A DNA stretch of 64,000 bases from an uncultured Acetobacteraceae bacterium (GCA_964249405.1 CAXUBX010000002.1:2958-66957), one strand, 5' to 3'; shown: positions 46,529-56,764, counted from the first letter of the stretch. Numbers and translations: made by a program. Notes: generated by a model not told the origin, from the letters alone.

Positions 46529-47347
46529 TCAGCGGATCGATCCCGACCACCAGCGGACCGCGACCGCGAGCATGTCGGCGGGCGGGCGTCGTCGTCCCGG
46601 CGCCGCCGGTCGTCCGGCCGCCACGCGCCGGAGATCACGCCGCGCCAGGACCGCGTGGAGGGCGGCGGCGCGCTCCTGGCGCGGGGCATCGAACGTCGGC
46701 AGCAGGTCCAGCCGACCGAGAACGTCATGCGCCAGGAGCGACGCCTCGCCGTCTTCCGTGCCGGCCGGCAGGGCCTCGCGTCCCACCTTGCGTAGCGCCT
46801 CGCGGTGAAGGAGCGCGGCCCCCGCGCCATAGGCGGCGCCGGCCGTGGCGCACCAGTCGAGCGCGCCTTCACGAAGGCCGCACAGCCCGGCGATGGCGAC
46901 AGCGAGCCGGCCGGGACCGAGCTCGAAGCGTGCCCACCAGGCGTCGAGGTCGGGTGCCGGACCCTCGAGCTCGGCCTCGCGCGCCTCGATCATCGCCTGC
47001 AACGGCGCGGGATCGAGCGCGCCCGCGTCGACCAGGGCGGCGAGCGGCGTCGCGACATCGTGGCGCTGCTTCCGGCCGTCCAGCACGTCGCGCCACCACT
47101 GGAGGCGGATCGCGGCGGTCATCCGGCTCTCGTCCGAACCGGTCGCGCGCCGGGACGTCACCTCGACGGCGCGCGCGAGCTCGTGGTTGAACGCGGCGAG
47201 CGTGAACGCCGCCTCGCGCCGGGCGGCGGGCACGAACAGGCAGATCAGGAACCGGTCCGGATCGTGCCGCCTGACCAGTGCGGCGGCGGGCGACAGATCC
47301 GGTTCCCGGGCTGCGACCAATCCGTCTCCTCGGCGTTGACCTGTCAT
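46529..47347 (-). CDS. Squalene/phytoene synthase family protein (NDUFAF6-like)
   Basis: DPDRFLICLFVPAARREAAFTLAAFNHELARA and IRLQWWRDVLDG are family-typical. I chose ATG 47347; the ORF maximum of 47428 would overlap sodB. Confidence 0.7.
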   Translation of the reverse strand: MTGQRRGDGLVAAREPDLSPAAALVRRHDPDRFLICLFVPAARREAAFTLAAFNHELARAVEVTSRRATGSDESRMTAAIRLQWWRDVLDGRKQRHDVATPLAALVDAGALDPAPLQAMIEAREAELEGPAPDLDAWWARFELGPGRLAVAIAGLCGLREGALDWCATAGAAYGAGAALLHREALRKVGREALPAGTEDGEASLLAHDVLGRLDLLPTFDAPRQERAAALHAVLARRDLRRVAAGRPAAPGRRRPPADMLAVAVRWWSGSIR

Positions 47348-47385
47348 CCCAGGCTTCCGCCCCACCAACGGAGGGATCTCATCCC

Positions 47386-47994
47386 ATGGCGTTCGAACTT
47401 CCCGCACTTCCCTACGCCCACAACGCACTCGCCGGCCGCGGCATGTGCCAGGAGACGCTCGAGCTCCATCACGACAAGCATCATCAGGCGTACGTGACCG
47501 CGCTGAACGGGTTCGTCGAGAAGGACGGCGCGCTGCAGGGCAAGTCTCTCGACGAGATCATCCAGGCGACGCACGGCAAGGCGGACCAGGCGCCGGTGTT
47601 CAACAATGCCGGCCAACACTGGAACCACATCCTGTTCTGGCAGGCGATGAGCCCGAACGGCGGCGGCATCCCGGGCAAGCTGGAAGCCAAGATCAAGGAG
47701 GATTTCGGCTCGGTGGACGCGTTCAAGGAGCAGTTCAAGCAGGCTGCCGCCACCCAGTTCGGCTCCGGCTGGGGTTGGCTCGTGCTCGGAACGGACGGCA
47801 AGCTCAAGGTGACCAAAACGCCGAACGGCGCGAACCCGGTCGCGACCGGCGAGGGCACCGCGCTGCTCGGCATCGACGTCTGGGAGCACTCCTACTACGT
47901 CGACTTCCGCAATCGCCGTCCCGACTACATCCAGAACTGGATGGACAAGATCGCGAACTACGAGTTCGCGGAAGCGCGGCTCGGCGCGGCCTGA
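47386..47994 (+). CDS. sodB: Fe/Mn superoxide dismutase (Fe-type features)
   Basis: MAFELPALPYAHNAL, LELHHDKHHQAYV, FNNAGQHWNH and GIDVWEHSYY. GGAGGGA precedes ATG 47386. Confidence 0.93.
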   Translation: MAFELPALPYAHNALAGRGMCQETLELHHDKHHQAYVTALNGFVEKDGALQGKSLDEIIQATHGKADQAPVFNNAGQHWNHILFWQAMSPNGGGIPGKLEAKIKEDFGSVDAFKEQFKQAAATQFGSGWGWLVLGTDGKLKVTKTPNGANPVATGEGTALLGIDVWEHSYYVDFRNRRPDYIQNWMDKIANYEFAEARLGAA

Positions 47995-48050
47995 CCGCAC
48001 CGACCGTTGTCCCTGGAGCGGGCTCGACCTCCGCGGGAGGCGTGCCCGCC

Positions 48051-48413
48051 TCAGGAGACCTTGGCGGCCGCGGTGTCGTTCGCGGCCTTGGGGTTGACCA
48101 CGCTCGAGATCGTGTCGCGGAGCACCGTCACCCGAACGTTCGGCGCGATCTCGACCTCGATCTCCGCGGCACCGTCCCGGACCCTCTGCACCGTTCCGAC
48201 GATGCCCCCCGCCGTGACCACCCGGTCGCCGCGACGGAGCGCGGCCAGCATGGTGCGCGTCTGTTTCTGCTTCTGCTGCTGCGGGCGAAAGAACAGGACG
48301 TAGAACACGACGAAGATGACGGCGATCGGCGCGAACTGCAGCGCCTGTGCGGACAGCCCCGCGAGGCCGCCGCCCGGCGCCTGCGCGTAGGCCGAGGAAA
48401 TCAAAGGGATCAC
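48051..48413 (-). CDS. yajC: Preprotein translocase subunit YajC
   Basis: FAPIAVIFVVFYVLFFRPQQQKQKQTRTMLAALRRGDRVVTAGGIVGTV is a classic YajC core. GTG start at 48413 (approximate). Confidence 0.85.
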   Translation of the reverse strand: MIPLISSAYAQAPGGGLAGLSAQALQFAPIAVIFVVFYVLFFRPQQQKQKQTRTMLAALRRGDRVVTAGGIVGTVQRVRDGAAEIEVEIAPNVRVTVLRDTISSVVNPKAANDTAAAKVS

Positions 48414-48496
48414 TGGCGTCGGGGCTCCACCTTGCCGGGGCTGCGGCCGGACCATAGGCTCCGGCCTCCTTCCGTCAAGGACACCCTGGACACGCG

Positions 48497-49351
48497 ATGC
48501 CGAGCGACATCGAACGACTGCTTGCACGCATCGCGGACGCGCTCGACCGTCTCGCTCCGACGCCACCGGAACCGGCCTCGCTCGACGGGAACGACGCGTT
48601 CTTGTGGCGGGGGATCGAAGGCCGGCTCGATCCCGTCAGGGCCGTTTCCGCGGTCGATCTTTCGCTGCTGCAGGGAATCACCCGGCAGCGCGACCTCGTG
48701 CTCGCCAACACGCGACGCTTTGCGTCCGGATCGCCCGCCAACAACGTCATGCTGTGGGGCGCGCGAGGCATGGGGAAATCCTCGCTGGTCAAGGCGGTTC
48801 ATGCGACAGTCAACGCTGGACAGGCGCATACGCTGGCCCTGATCGAGATCGCACGTGACGAGCTCGCGACCATGCCGGGCCTGCTCGCGATGCTCCGGCG
48901 CGCGAGCCGGCGTCGGGTGATCCTGTTCTGCGACGACCTGTCGTTCGACCGCGACGAGGCCGGGTACAAGGCCTTGAAGTCGGCCCTCGATGGCGGCATC
49001 GAGGGGCGGCCGTCGAACGTCCTCTTCTACGCGACCAGCAACCGCCGTCACCTGATGCCGCGCGACATGATCGACAACGAGCGTTCCACCGCGGTCAACC
49101 CGGGCGAGGCGGTCGAGGAAAAGGTCTCGCTGTCCGACCGGTTCGGCCTCTCGATCGGGTTCCATGCCTGCGACCAGGAGACCTTCCTCGCGATGGTCGA
49201 TGCCTACGCCCTCGCGCGCCGCCTCCCGATCGGGGCGGACGACCTGCACCGCCGTGCCAACGAATGGGCGATCACCCGCGGCGCGCGTTCCGGTCGTGTC
49301 GCCGTCCAGTTCATCGACGACTTGGCGGGTGCACTCGTCGAGGAGACCTGA
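48497..49351 (+). CDS. DUF815-type AAA ATPase
   Basis: 284 aa. NNVMLWGARGMGKSSLVKA (Walker A) and ILFCDDLSF (Walker B). Divergent from yajC. Confidence 0.75.
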   Translation: MPSDIERLLARIADALDRLAPTPPEPASLDGNDAFLWRGIEGRLDPVRAVSAVDLSLLQGITRQRDLVLANTRRFASGSPANNVMLWGARGMGKSSLVKAVHATVNAGQAHTLALIEIARDELATMPGLLAMLRRASRRRVILFCDDLSFDRDEAGYKALKSALDGGIEGRPSNVLFYATSNRRHLMPRDMIDNERSTAVNPGEAVEEKVSLSDRFGLSIGFHACDQETFLAMVDAYALARRLPIGADDLHRRANEWAITRGARSGRVAVQFIDDLAGALVEET

Positions 49352-49353
49352 CC

Positions 49354-50199
49354 ATGGAGACATCCATCCACGAGCCACGCGCGCTCGATCTTCCGGACGG
49401 AACGACGCTGATCGCGCTGCATGACGGCGTCTTCCGCGACGGGACCGAGGTCCTGGTCGACGGCGCCGGACCGGACGCGACCGAGGCGCTCCGGCGCGCC
49501 ATGCCGGACGGGATCGTGCTCGACGTGAACGCCTTCGCGCTCCGCCGGGACGAGGGCGTCGTGCTGATCGACGCCGGAACGGACGCGAGCTGGGGCCCTG
49601 ATCTCGGCCATGCGGGCCATGCGCTGACGACCCACGGCATCGAGCCGGACGATGTCGTCGCGGTCCTGCTCACGCATCTTCATGGCGACCACGCACTCGG
49701 CCTGTTCGACGAGAGCGGCGCGATCCGTTATCGCCGGGCCGAGATCTGGTGCAGCCGCCTCGACCACGACCTCTACGGCGATGCCGCGAAGCGCGAAGCG
49801 GCACCGGAGGAGATGCGGGACAGCTTCGATCTCGCGCGTCGCGTCTTCGACGCCGCCGGCGCGAAGCTGCAACTGTTCGATGCCGGCGAGGTCCTGCCGG
49901 GCATCGAGGCCGTGCCGTTGCCGGGCCACACGCCCGGCCATGCCGGGTTCCTGGTCGGCAGCCTGCTCCTGGTGACCGGCGACGTATTCCAGCTCGCGTC
50001 GGTCCAGGGCACGAACCCGTCGGCGAGCCTGTCGTTCGACGACGACCAGGTCGTGGCCGAGCGGACGCGGCGCGAATGCCTGGACAGGGCGTCCGCGCGA
50101 AGCCTGCTCGTCGCGGGATCGCACATGCCGTTCCCGGGGCTGGTCACCATCGAGGCGACCGCCGATGGCTATCGGTTCGAGCCGTTCGACCCGCGCTGA
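49354..50199 (+). CDS. MBL-fold metallo-hydrolase
   Basis: VLLTHLHGDHALG (HxHxDH). 281 aa. ATG 49354 lies 2 nt after the upstream stop, with GAGGAG upstream. Confidence 0.8.
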   Translation: METSIHEPRALDLPDGTTLIALHDGVFRDGTEVLVDGAGPDATEALRRAMPDGIVLDVNAFALRRDEGVVLIDAGTDASWGPDLGHAGHALTTHGIEPDDVVAVLLTHLHGDHALGLFDESGAIRYRRAEIWCSRLDHDLYGDAAKREAAPEEMRDSFDLARRVFDAAGAKLQLFDAGEVLPGIEAVPLPGHTPGHAGFLVGSLLLVTGDVFQLASVQGTNPSASLSFDDDQVVAERTRRECLDRASARSLLVAGSHMPFPGLVTIEATADGYRFEPFDPR

Positions 50200-50205
50200 C
50201 AAGTC

Positions 50206-50225
50206 GCCGAGGCATGCGCCTCGGC
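50206..50225 (+). terminator. Hairpin GCCGAGGC-atgc-GCCTCGGC 7 nt after the MBL gene stop
   Basis: Perfect 8-bp stem with a 4-nt loop. The downstream sequence is only weakly T-containing (CGATGCTTGC). Confidence 0.4.
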
Positions 50226-50426
50226 CGATGCTTGCGCCTGCCGTCCCGCTGGCATGATGATGAGAGCATGTCGCGCGCTTCCGCCACCATGCCGGTCATT
50301 CGTCTCGTCCGCTTCGGCGGGCCGGGGCGATCGCGCATGCGGTAGACGCACGAGCGACGACCCAGGGCCCCGCCGGAAACGGTCAGGGGTCGCGTCACGA
50401 TCCTGGCCGTCCGGCTCAGAGCGAGA

Positions 50427-50939
50427 ATGGACGGTGTCATGCAGGACGGGATCACGATCAGGGCCTACCGGCCCGAGGATGCGGACGGGATCAACGCGCT
50501 CGATACGCTTCCCTCCTACCGCGCAGGAACCCTGCGCCTGCCGCATCCCTCGATCGTTCGGACGCGCGAGCGGATGGAACGCTATGTCGCGACCGACGGC
50601 GTCCACCTGCTCGTCGCGGTCGCGGGGACGATCGTCGTCGGCTCGGCCTCGCTGGATCGAGGCCGCGAACGTCGCGCCCATGCCGGGCAGATCGGGCTCG
50701 GCGTGCACGACTTGACCCGCCGCGGCATCGGCCGGGCATTGCTCGCGGAGCTGGTCGCGATCGCCGACCGCTGGCTCGATCTCCGGCGGCTCGAACTGAC
50801 GGTCTGGGCCGACAATGCGCCGGCGATCGCGCTCTACGAGCAGTTCGGCTTCGCGGTCGAGGGAAGGTTCGCGGACTACGCCTTCCGCGACGGCATCTAC
50901 GTCGATGCGCTGGCGATGGCGCGTCGGCCGATCCGGTAG
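50427..50939 (+). CDS. GNAT family N-acetyltransferase
   Basis: ITIRAYRPEDADGIN and the acetyl-CoA motif (RRGIGRALLAELV...ALYEQFGFAVEG). An alternative ATG lies at 50439. Confidence 0.85.
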   Translation: MDGVMQDGITIRAYRPEDADGINALDTLPSYRAGTLRLPHPSIVRTRERMERYVATDGVHLLVAVAGTIVVGSASLDRGRERRAHAGQIGLGVHDLTRRGIGRALLAELVAIADRWLDLRRLELTVWADNAPAIALYEQFGFAVEGRFADYAFRDGIYVDALAMARRPIR

Positions 50940-51448
50940 AGCAGGCAGCGCCGCATCGGATGCCCGGCCGCGACGGCGGGGTGGTCGAAATCGCCCGTCT
51001 CGTCGTGAAGCATGCCGATCCTGGTCATCACCCGGCGGGATGGCGCGTTGCCCGGCACGGTGAAGGCGACCACCTCGTCGAGGCCGAGCGGGCCGAAGGC
51101 ATGGGCGAGCGAGGCACGCGCCGCCTCGGTGGCGAGGCCGCGTCCCCAGAACGCACGCGCCAGACGCCAGCCGATCTCGACCGCAGGCGTGAACGGCGCC
51201 TCGAACCCGACATGCTGCAGGCCGACGAACCCGACGAACGGTGCCTCGCCGGGCACCTCGGCCGCCCAGAAGCCGAAACCATGCTCGGCGACATGCGCCT
51301 GCAGGCGATCGAACGAGGCGTCGCTCTCGGCCCGGCTCAGCGTCGAGGGAAACCAGCGCCGGACCGCCGGGTCGGCGTTGAGCGCGGCGAAGGGCGCGCG
51401 GTCCTCCTCGCGCCAGGGCCGGAGGACCAGCCGCGCGGTCCGGATCAT
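50897..51448 (-). CDS. GNAT family N-acetyltransferase (RimJ/RimL-like)
   Basis: MIRTARLVLRPWREEDRAPFAALNADPAVRRW and FWGRGLATEAARA. 183 aa. The 3' end overlaps the convergent GNAT by 43 nt. Confidence 0.85.
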   Translation of the reverse strand: MIRTARLVLRPWREEDRAPFAALNADPAVRRWFPSTLSRAESDASFDRLQAHVAEHGFGFWAAEVPGEAPFVGFVGLQHVGFEAPFTPAVEIGWRLARAFWGRGLATEAARASLAHAFGPLGLDEVVAFTVPGNAPSRRVMTRIGMLHDETGDFDHPAVAAGHPMRRCLLYRIGRRAIASAST

Positions 51449-51592
51449 GCCGCCCGGTCGGGCAGGAGGAACGCGCCGCCCGCGATCGCCGGGGTCGACG
51501 GCGGAACGCCGAGCCCGGACGCGAGCGGGAGCGCCCCGGTCGGCACCGGCCCGCGGGTCATCGGCCTGCCGGCGAGCACGAGCGTCAAGCGC

Positions 51593-52861
51593 TCACGGTC
51601 CGATCCGCTCGATCCCGCCCATGTAGGGGCGGAGAACCGCCGGGACGACGATGCTGCCGTCCGCCTCCTGCCCGTTCTCCATCACCGCGATCAGCGCCCG
51701 TCCGACCGCGACGCCCGATCCGTTCAGCGTGTGCACGAAGCCGACCGGACCGTCCGCCGGCCGGTAGCGCGCGTTCATCCGCCGCGCCTGGAACGCGCGC
51801 GTGTTCGAGCAGGACGAGATCTCGCGAAAGCAGCCCTGTCCGGGCAGCCAGACTTCGAGGTCGTAGGTTCGCGCCGCCTGGAAACCGGTGTCGCCGGCCG
51901 AAAGCAGCATGCGCCGGAACGGCAGCTCCAGCCGTTCGAGCACCGTCTCGGCGGCGCGCGTCATCCGCTCGTGCTCGTGCTCGCTCGTCTCCGGAGTGGT
52001 GACCGAGACCAGCTCGCACTTCACGAACTGGTGCTGGCGGAGCATCCCGCGGGTATCGCGTCCGGCCGCGCCCGCCTCGCTCCGGAAGCAGGGCGTCAGC
52101 GCGACGGTGCGGCGCGGCAGGCCACTCTCGGCCAGGATCTCGCCGGCGACGAGGTTGGTGAGCGCCACCTCGGCGGTCGGGATCAGCCAACGTCCGTCGG
52201 TGGTCGCGAACGCCTCCTCGCCGAACTTCGGAAGCTGGCCGGTGCCGAACATGCAGGCCTCGTTGACCAACAACGGCACCGCGGTCTCGGTGTAGCCGTG
52301 CTCGGTCGTGTGGAGATCGAGCATGAACTGGCCGAGCGCACGCTCGAGCCGGGCAAGCGCGCCGCGGAGCACCACGAACCGAGAGCCCGCGATCCGGGCC
52401 GCGTCCTCGAAGCTCATCAGGCCGGACGCCTCGCCGAGCTGCCAATGCTCCTTCGGCGGAAAGGCGAAGTTCCGCCGCACGCCGCGTTCGTGGATAACGA
52501 CGTTGGCGCTCTCGTCCGGCCCGTCCGGCACCGCGTCGTCGAGGGTGTTCGGCAGGATGGCGAGCCGATCGCGGAGCGTGCGGTCGAGCGCGTCGGCCTC
52601 GCGCGCGAGACGCTCCAGTTCGGCCCGGATCGATCCCGATTCCGCTTCGAGGCCGGCGGTCTCGACCCCCTGCCGCCGCCCCTGCCCCACCGCCTTCGAG
52701 AGCGCATTCCGACGCGCCTGGAGGGCCTGCGATGCGGTCAGCATCTCGCGACGCGCCGCGTCGAGGCGGGCGAGTTCGTCCGCCACCGGCGGCATCGCGC
52801 GCCGCTCCAGGGCGGCGTCGAAGGCACCGGGATCGGCGCGAAGATCACGGATATCGAGCAT
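51593..52861 (-). CDS. serS: Serine--tRNA ligase
   Basis: [21 protein letters not shown] at the N-terminus, class II motifs ([17 protein letters not shown]). 422 aa. Confidence 0.95.
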   Translation of the reverse strand: MLDIRDLRADPGAFDAALERRAMPPVADELARLDAARREMLTASQALQARRNALSKAVGQGRRQGVETAGLEAESGSIRAELERLAREADALDRTLRDRLAILPNTLDDAVPDGPDESANVVIHERGVRRNFAFPPKEHWQLGEASGLMSFEDAARIAGSRFVVLRGALARLERALGQFMLDLHTTEHGYTETAVPLLVNEACMFGTGQLPKFGEEAFATTDGRWLIPTAEVALTNLVAGEILAESGLPRRTVALTPCFRSEAGAAGRDTRGMLRQHQFVKCELVSVTTPETSEHEHERMTRAAETVLERLELPFRRMLLSAGDTGFQAARTYDLEVWLPGQGCFREISSCSNTRAFQARRMNARYRPADGPVGFVHTLNGSGVAVGRALIAVMENGQEADGSIVVPAVLRPYMGGIERIGP

Positions 52862-52880
52862 CGGCGTTCCGGGACTTCTC

Positions 52881-53681
52881 TCAAGCCGGGTCCGGCTTCG
52901 GCTCCACCAGAGCGGCGGAGAAGATCGAGATCTCGTAGAGCACGATCAGCGGCAGGGCGAGACCGGTCTGGGTGATGACGTCGGGCGGCGTCAGGACCGC
53001 CGCCACCACGAACGTGCCGACATAGGCGTAGCGACGGTATTTCTTGAGCCCCGCCGAGGTGACGATGCCGACCTTGGCCAGCAGCGTGAGGGCCACCGGG
53101 AGCTGGAAGGCGATGCCGAACGCCATGATCAGCTTCATGACGAGGGCGAGGTACTCACTGACCTTCGCCTGGAGCTGGATCTGCAGCCCGTCCGCCCCGG
53201 TCGTGGTCTGGAACGACAGGAAGAACCGCCAGGCGAAGGGAAACACGAAATAGTAGGCGAGCGCCGCGCCGCCGAAGAACAGCACCGGGGCCGCGATCAG
53301 GAACGGCAGCACCGCCCGCTTCTCGCTCCGGTAGAGGCCGGGCGCCATGAACAGGTAGCCCTGCGTCGCGATCACCGGGAACGAGAGGAAGGCCGCGCCG
53401 AAGAAGGCGACCTTCACGTAGGTGAAGAACGCCTCGTAGAGCGCCGTGTAGATCAGGTGCGGCTGCTCGCCCCGGTGACGCATGATGTGCGCGAGCGGCT
53501 GGGCGAGGAACAGGTAGATCTGCGACGAGAAGTGGTAGCAGACGAAGAACGCCAGCGCGAAGGCGATCGCGCTTCGGATCAGGCGGCGTCGCAGCTCGAT
53601 GAGATGATCGAGCAGCGGCATCGGCGTGTCGTCGATCGGATCGACGGGACCATCCGCACCCGGGGTGTCTCGCGGAGACAA
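52881..53681 (-). CDS. tatC: Twin-arginine translocase subunit TatC
   Basis: [24 protein letters not shown] and a six-TM layout. 266 aa. Confidence 0.92.
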   Translation of the reverse strand: MSPRDTPGADGPVDPIDDTPMPLLDHLIELRRRLIRSAIAFALAFFVCYHFSSQIYLFLAQPLAHIMRHRGEQPHLIYTALYEAFFTYVKVAFFGAAFLSFPVIATQGYLFMAPGLYRSEKRAVLPFLIAAPVLFFGGAALAYYFVFPFAWRFFLSFQTTTGADGLQIQLQAKVSEYLALVMKLIMAFGIAFQLPVALTLLAKVGIVTSAGLKKYRRYAYVGTFVVAAVLTPPDVITQTGLALPLIVLYEISIFSAALVEPKPDPA

Positions 53682-53684
53682 GGC

Positions 53685-54284
53685 TCAGCCCGCGTCGGGG
53701 CCGGGACCTGGGTCGGAACCGGACCCGGGATCGGGACGGCCCTCGCTTCCCGGCTCCCGAGCGGCGGGCGGGATGAAGGCGGGAGGCGGCGCGAAGATCC
53801 GCCCCGCGGCCGCCGGTGGTGATGGTTCGGCCGAGCCGGGTGGCACGAACGACGGGGCCTGCCGGTCGACGGCAGCCGCGGCCGGGGTGGCACCCGTCAT
53901 GACGGGATCGGGCGCGGCCTGGCCGGGCCGGCCGAGGCCGGTTGCGAGAGTGCCGCCACCGCGCGTCTTCAGGCCGAGGATGTCGTCCTTGGGAAGCGGG
54001 TTCTCGCTCATCGTCCGGCGCATCGAGCCGTCGCGATCGATCGCGCGGAACATCTTGTCGCGGAGCCCGCCGCCTCGGAGATCGCGGAACGTGTCGTGCG
54101 CCTCCTTGAGGTCGGCCTCCCGCAGCATCTCGTCGACATGGCCCTGCAGGTCGCCGGCCATCCGCCGCATCTTCTTGATGACGTCGGTCACCGCGCGGAT
54201 CGCGACGGGGAGGTCCTTCGGTCCGATGAGCACCAGGGCCACGACACCGATCAGCGCGATCTCGGACCAGCCAAAGTCGAACAT
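53685..54284 (-). CDS. tatB: Twin-arginine translocase subunit TatB
   Basis: MFDFGWSEIALIGVVALVLIGPKDLPVAIRAV followed by an amphipathic helix and a long Pro/Ala/Gly-rich tail. 199 aa. Confidence 0.85.
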   Translation of the reverse strand: MFDFGWSEIALIGVVALVLIGPKDLPVAIRAVTDVIKKMRRMAGDLQGHVDEMLREADLKEAHDTFRDLRGGGLRDKMFRAIDRDGSMRRTMSENPLPKDDILGLKTRGGGTLATGLGRPGQAAPDPVMTGATPAAAAVDRQAPSFVPPGSAEPSPPAAAGRIFAPPPAFIPPAAREPGSEGRPDPGSGSDPGPGPDAG

Positions 54285-54300
54285 GACGAGAGACGATCTT

Positions 54301-54921
54301 TCAAACCACGGCGGCGCCGGAACCCCGCCCCTGGTCTAGCACGACGTCGTCCGCCTCGGAAACGGAGGGTGGCTCGGCCAGGATTTCGCGGCGCGGGGGC
54401 AGGTCGGCCCGGCCCGACAGGCCGAACCGGGCGAGGAAGTCCGCCGTGATGTCCCAGAGGCCCGGGCGCCCGGGCACCTCGCGATGACCGGCCGGCCGGA
54501 CCAGTCCCTCGCCGAGCAGCAGTTCGAGGGTGGCCTGGGCAAGCGTGACCCCGCGCCGGTCCTCGATTTCCGCCCGCGTGCACGGGCCGTCCCAGGCGAT
54601 GATCGCGAGTGTCTCCATGGCGGCCCGCGGCAGGCGGCGAGGCTTCTCGACCACGCGCGCGAGCACCGGCGCGAGGTCGGACGCGGTACGGAACTGCCAG
54701 CCGCCGGCGACCGCGACCAGCTCGACGCCCCGGCCTGCCATCCGCCCGGCCAGGGTCGTGAAGATCGCGTCCGCGTCCGGGGCGTCGTCGTCGAGGAGGG
54801 ACGCGAGACGGCGTGACGGGACCGGATCGGGCGACGCGAACACGAGCGCCTCGGCCAGGCGCAGCGCGCGTTCCATCGCGGCGTCGTCACCTTCGGTGGT
54901 CCGGGCGGCGACGTTGGTCAT
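54301..54921 (-). CDS. scpB: SMC-Scp complex subunit ScpB
   Basis: LRLAEALVFASPDPV and GRPGLWDITADFLARFGL. ATGA overlap with scpA at 54918-54921. Confidence 0.88.
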   Translation of the reverse strand: MTNVAARTTEGDDAAMERALRLAEALVFASPDPVPSRRLASLLDDDAPDADAIFTTLAGRMAGRGVELVAVAGGWQFRTASDLAPVLARVVEKPRRLPRAAMETLAIIAWDGPCTRAEIEDRRGVTLAQATLELLLGEGLVRPAGHREVPGRPGLWDITADFLARFGLSGRADLPPRREILAEPPSVSEADDVVLDQGRGSGAAVV

Positions 54922-55703
54922 GCGGTCGCGATCCGCCGGACCAGGACCGGGGCGAAGGCTTCATCCTGGCGGAGCTCGCACGAGCCGCGCCTCGCGTATT
55001 CGAGCGCGGCGAGCAGCGAGCTCGCGAGCGAGGCGGCGCGTTCGAGTGGACCCCCGCCCGGTTCCACGCCCAGCACCGTCGCGAGATCGGTCCAGGAAGG
55101 CGAGAAGCCGAGCATGCGTTCCAGCCGGTCGAGCGCGTCCGCGACGGTGCGGAACGCGTGCCGCACCGGCGTGAACGAGCGTTTCGAGCCGGCCCGTCGG
55201 GCGGCCGACAGGTAGGCGGTGACGAGCGATGACAGGTCGAGCCTGAGCCTCGACCGGTCGATCACCGTGAGGTCTTCGGCGGCGCCGCGCCGGAACACGT
55301 CGCGGCCGAGGACCGGGCGCCGGTCGAGCCAGTGCGCGAGCGCGCGGATGCGTTCGAGATCGGCGAGCCGTTCCGCGAGGCGGGAGGCGTCCGCCTCCTC
55401 CGCATCGCCCTTCTCGTCGGCGGGCAGCAGAAGCCGGGATTTCAGCCAGGCGAGCCAGGCCGCCATCACCAGCCAGTCGGCCGCGAGCTCAAGCCGGATC
55501 TCGCGAGCACCTTCGATCACCGCCAGATACTGCTCGGCCAGCGTCAGGATCGATATCCGTGCGAGATCGATCCGCTGCGCGCGGGCGAGCTCGAGCAGCA
55601 GGTCGAGCGGTCCCTCGTACCCGTCGAGCCGAAGCAGCAGCCGGTCCGGGCCGGCCGGCGCGGACGCGGGGCGCCGCGACGGCTGCGGCGGGAGCGCGTT
55701 CAC
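54918..55703 (-). CDS. scpA: Segregation and condensation protein A (ScpA)
   Basis: LDGYEGPLDLLLELARAQRIDLARISILTLAEQYL. The GTG start at 55703 overlaps the nagZ stop (GTGA). Confidence 0.85.
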   Translation of the reverse strand: MNALPPQPSRRPASAPAGPDRLLLRLDGYEGPLDLLLELARAQRIDLARISILTLAEQYLAVIEGAREIRLELAADWLVMAAWLAWLKSRLLLPADEKGDAEEADASRLAERLADLERIRALAHWLDRRPVLGRDVFRRGAAEDLTVIDRSRLRLDLSSLVTAYLSAARRAGSKRSFTPVRHAFRTVADALDRLERMLGFSPSWTDLATVLGVEPGGGPLERAASLASSLLAALEYARRGSCELRQDEAFAPVLVRRIATA

Positions 55704-56701
55704 GCGAGCAGCGCCGCGCGCTCTGTCGCGAGCGCCTCGCGATCGAGCGGGAGACGCCGGGCGAAGGCGGCGGCGGCCGCGGCGGCGAGCCTCGCCCGGG
55801 TCGGCGCGCCCGGCGGCGGCACCGCCGCGAGCACCGCCCGGCTGTCCTCGATGCTGCCGCTGCAGTGGAGGACCACGTCGCAGCCGGCCTCGATCGAGAG
55901 GCGGGCCCGCTCGCCGGGTTCGCCGTCGAGTGCCCCCATCGCGAGGTCGTCCGACACCAGCACGCCGCGGAACCCGATCGCGCCGCGGATCACCTGCTCC
56001 ACGACGCGCGCCGACAGCGTCGCGGGATGCGCGGGATCGTCGGCGCGATACCGGACATGGGCGGTCATCATCCAGCCGAGCCGGGGTGCCAGGGCGCGGA
56101 AAGGCGCGAGATCCGCCTCGTCGACCGCGTCGAGCTCCGGCAACGCCCGGTGGCTGTCGAGCATCGCCCGGCCATGCCCGGGCACGTGCTTGCCGATCGG
56201 CTGGCAGCCGCAGGCGAGCAGCCCGTCGGCGAAGGCGGCGCCGAGCGTCGCGATCACCCGCGGATCGGCGGCGAAGGCACGATCCCCGATCACCGCGTCG
56301 GCGCCCGCGACGAGACGGTCGAGCACCGGGGCGGCGACCAGGTCGCAACCCGCGGCACGGCCGTCGAGCCCGATCAGCGCGCCGGTGAGGAACGCGGCGC
56401 GCTCGGCGGCCCCGGCGTTCCGCGCATGCAGCGTCCCGAGCGATGCCGCCGGCGGGTGGGACAGGAAGCGTGGCGGCACCAGCCGGGCGACGCGGCCGCC
56501 TTCCTGGTCGACCATCACCAGCGCGCCGGGCCCGAGCACGCTCCGGATCGCCGCGGCGAGCGGTGCCGGCGTGCCGCCCGGCGGCACGTTGCGACGGAAC
56601 AGCGCGACCCCGAGCGGCGGCATCGCGCGGAACAGCGCGATCTCATCCGCGGTCAGCGCCTCGCCCGAGAGTCCGACGATGGCGGCACGCGGCCCGTCCA
56701 T
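55700..56701 (-). CDS. nagZ: Beta-N-acetylhexosaminidase
   Basis: IGKHVPGHGRAMLDSH and VLVSDDLAMGAL (GH3 motifs). 333 aa. Confidence 0.88.
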   Translation of the reverse strand: MDGPRAAIVGLSGEALTADEIALFRAMPPLGVALFRRNVPPGGTPAPLAAAIRSVLGPGALVMVDQEGGRVARLVPPRFLSHPPAASLGTLHARNAGAAERAAFLTGALIGLDGRAAGCDLVAAPVLDRLVAGADAVIGDRAFAADPRVIATLGAAFADGLLACGCQPIGKHVPGHGRAMLDSHRALPELDAVDEADLAPFRALAPRLGWMMTAHVRYRADDPAHPATLSARVVEQVIRGAIGFRGVLVSDDLAMGALDGEPGERARLSIEAGCDVVLHCSGSIEDSRAVLAAVPPPGAPTRARLAAAAAAAFARRLPLDREALATERAALLA

Positions 56702-56764
56702 CAGCCCCGGTGTCCCCCCGGCCCGTGTTCCGTCAGCTCACGTCGCATCAGGCCGGGGTCTCCG

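Noticed and set aside
46507-46531. ECF/EcfG-like promoter upstream of the SPFH gene (minus strand TGAAC-N16-CGTT).
   Set aside because: The -35 element has a mismatch at the first conserved G and overlaps the stop codon of the upstream gene. It is too weak to call.
50200-50426. Possible small gene in the 227-bp spacer between the MBL hydrolase and the first GNAT (ORFs 50254-50715 plus strand and 50144-50455 minus strand).
   Set aside because: Both ORFs run into neighbouring genes out of frame, are Arg/Ser/Pro-rich and lack motifs. The spacer more plausibly holds the terminator hairpin at 50206-50225 and the GNAT promoter.
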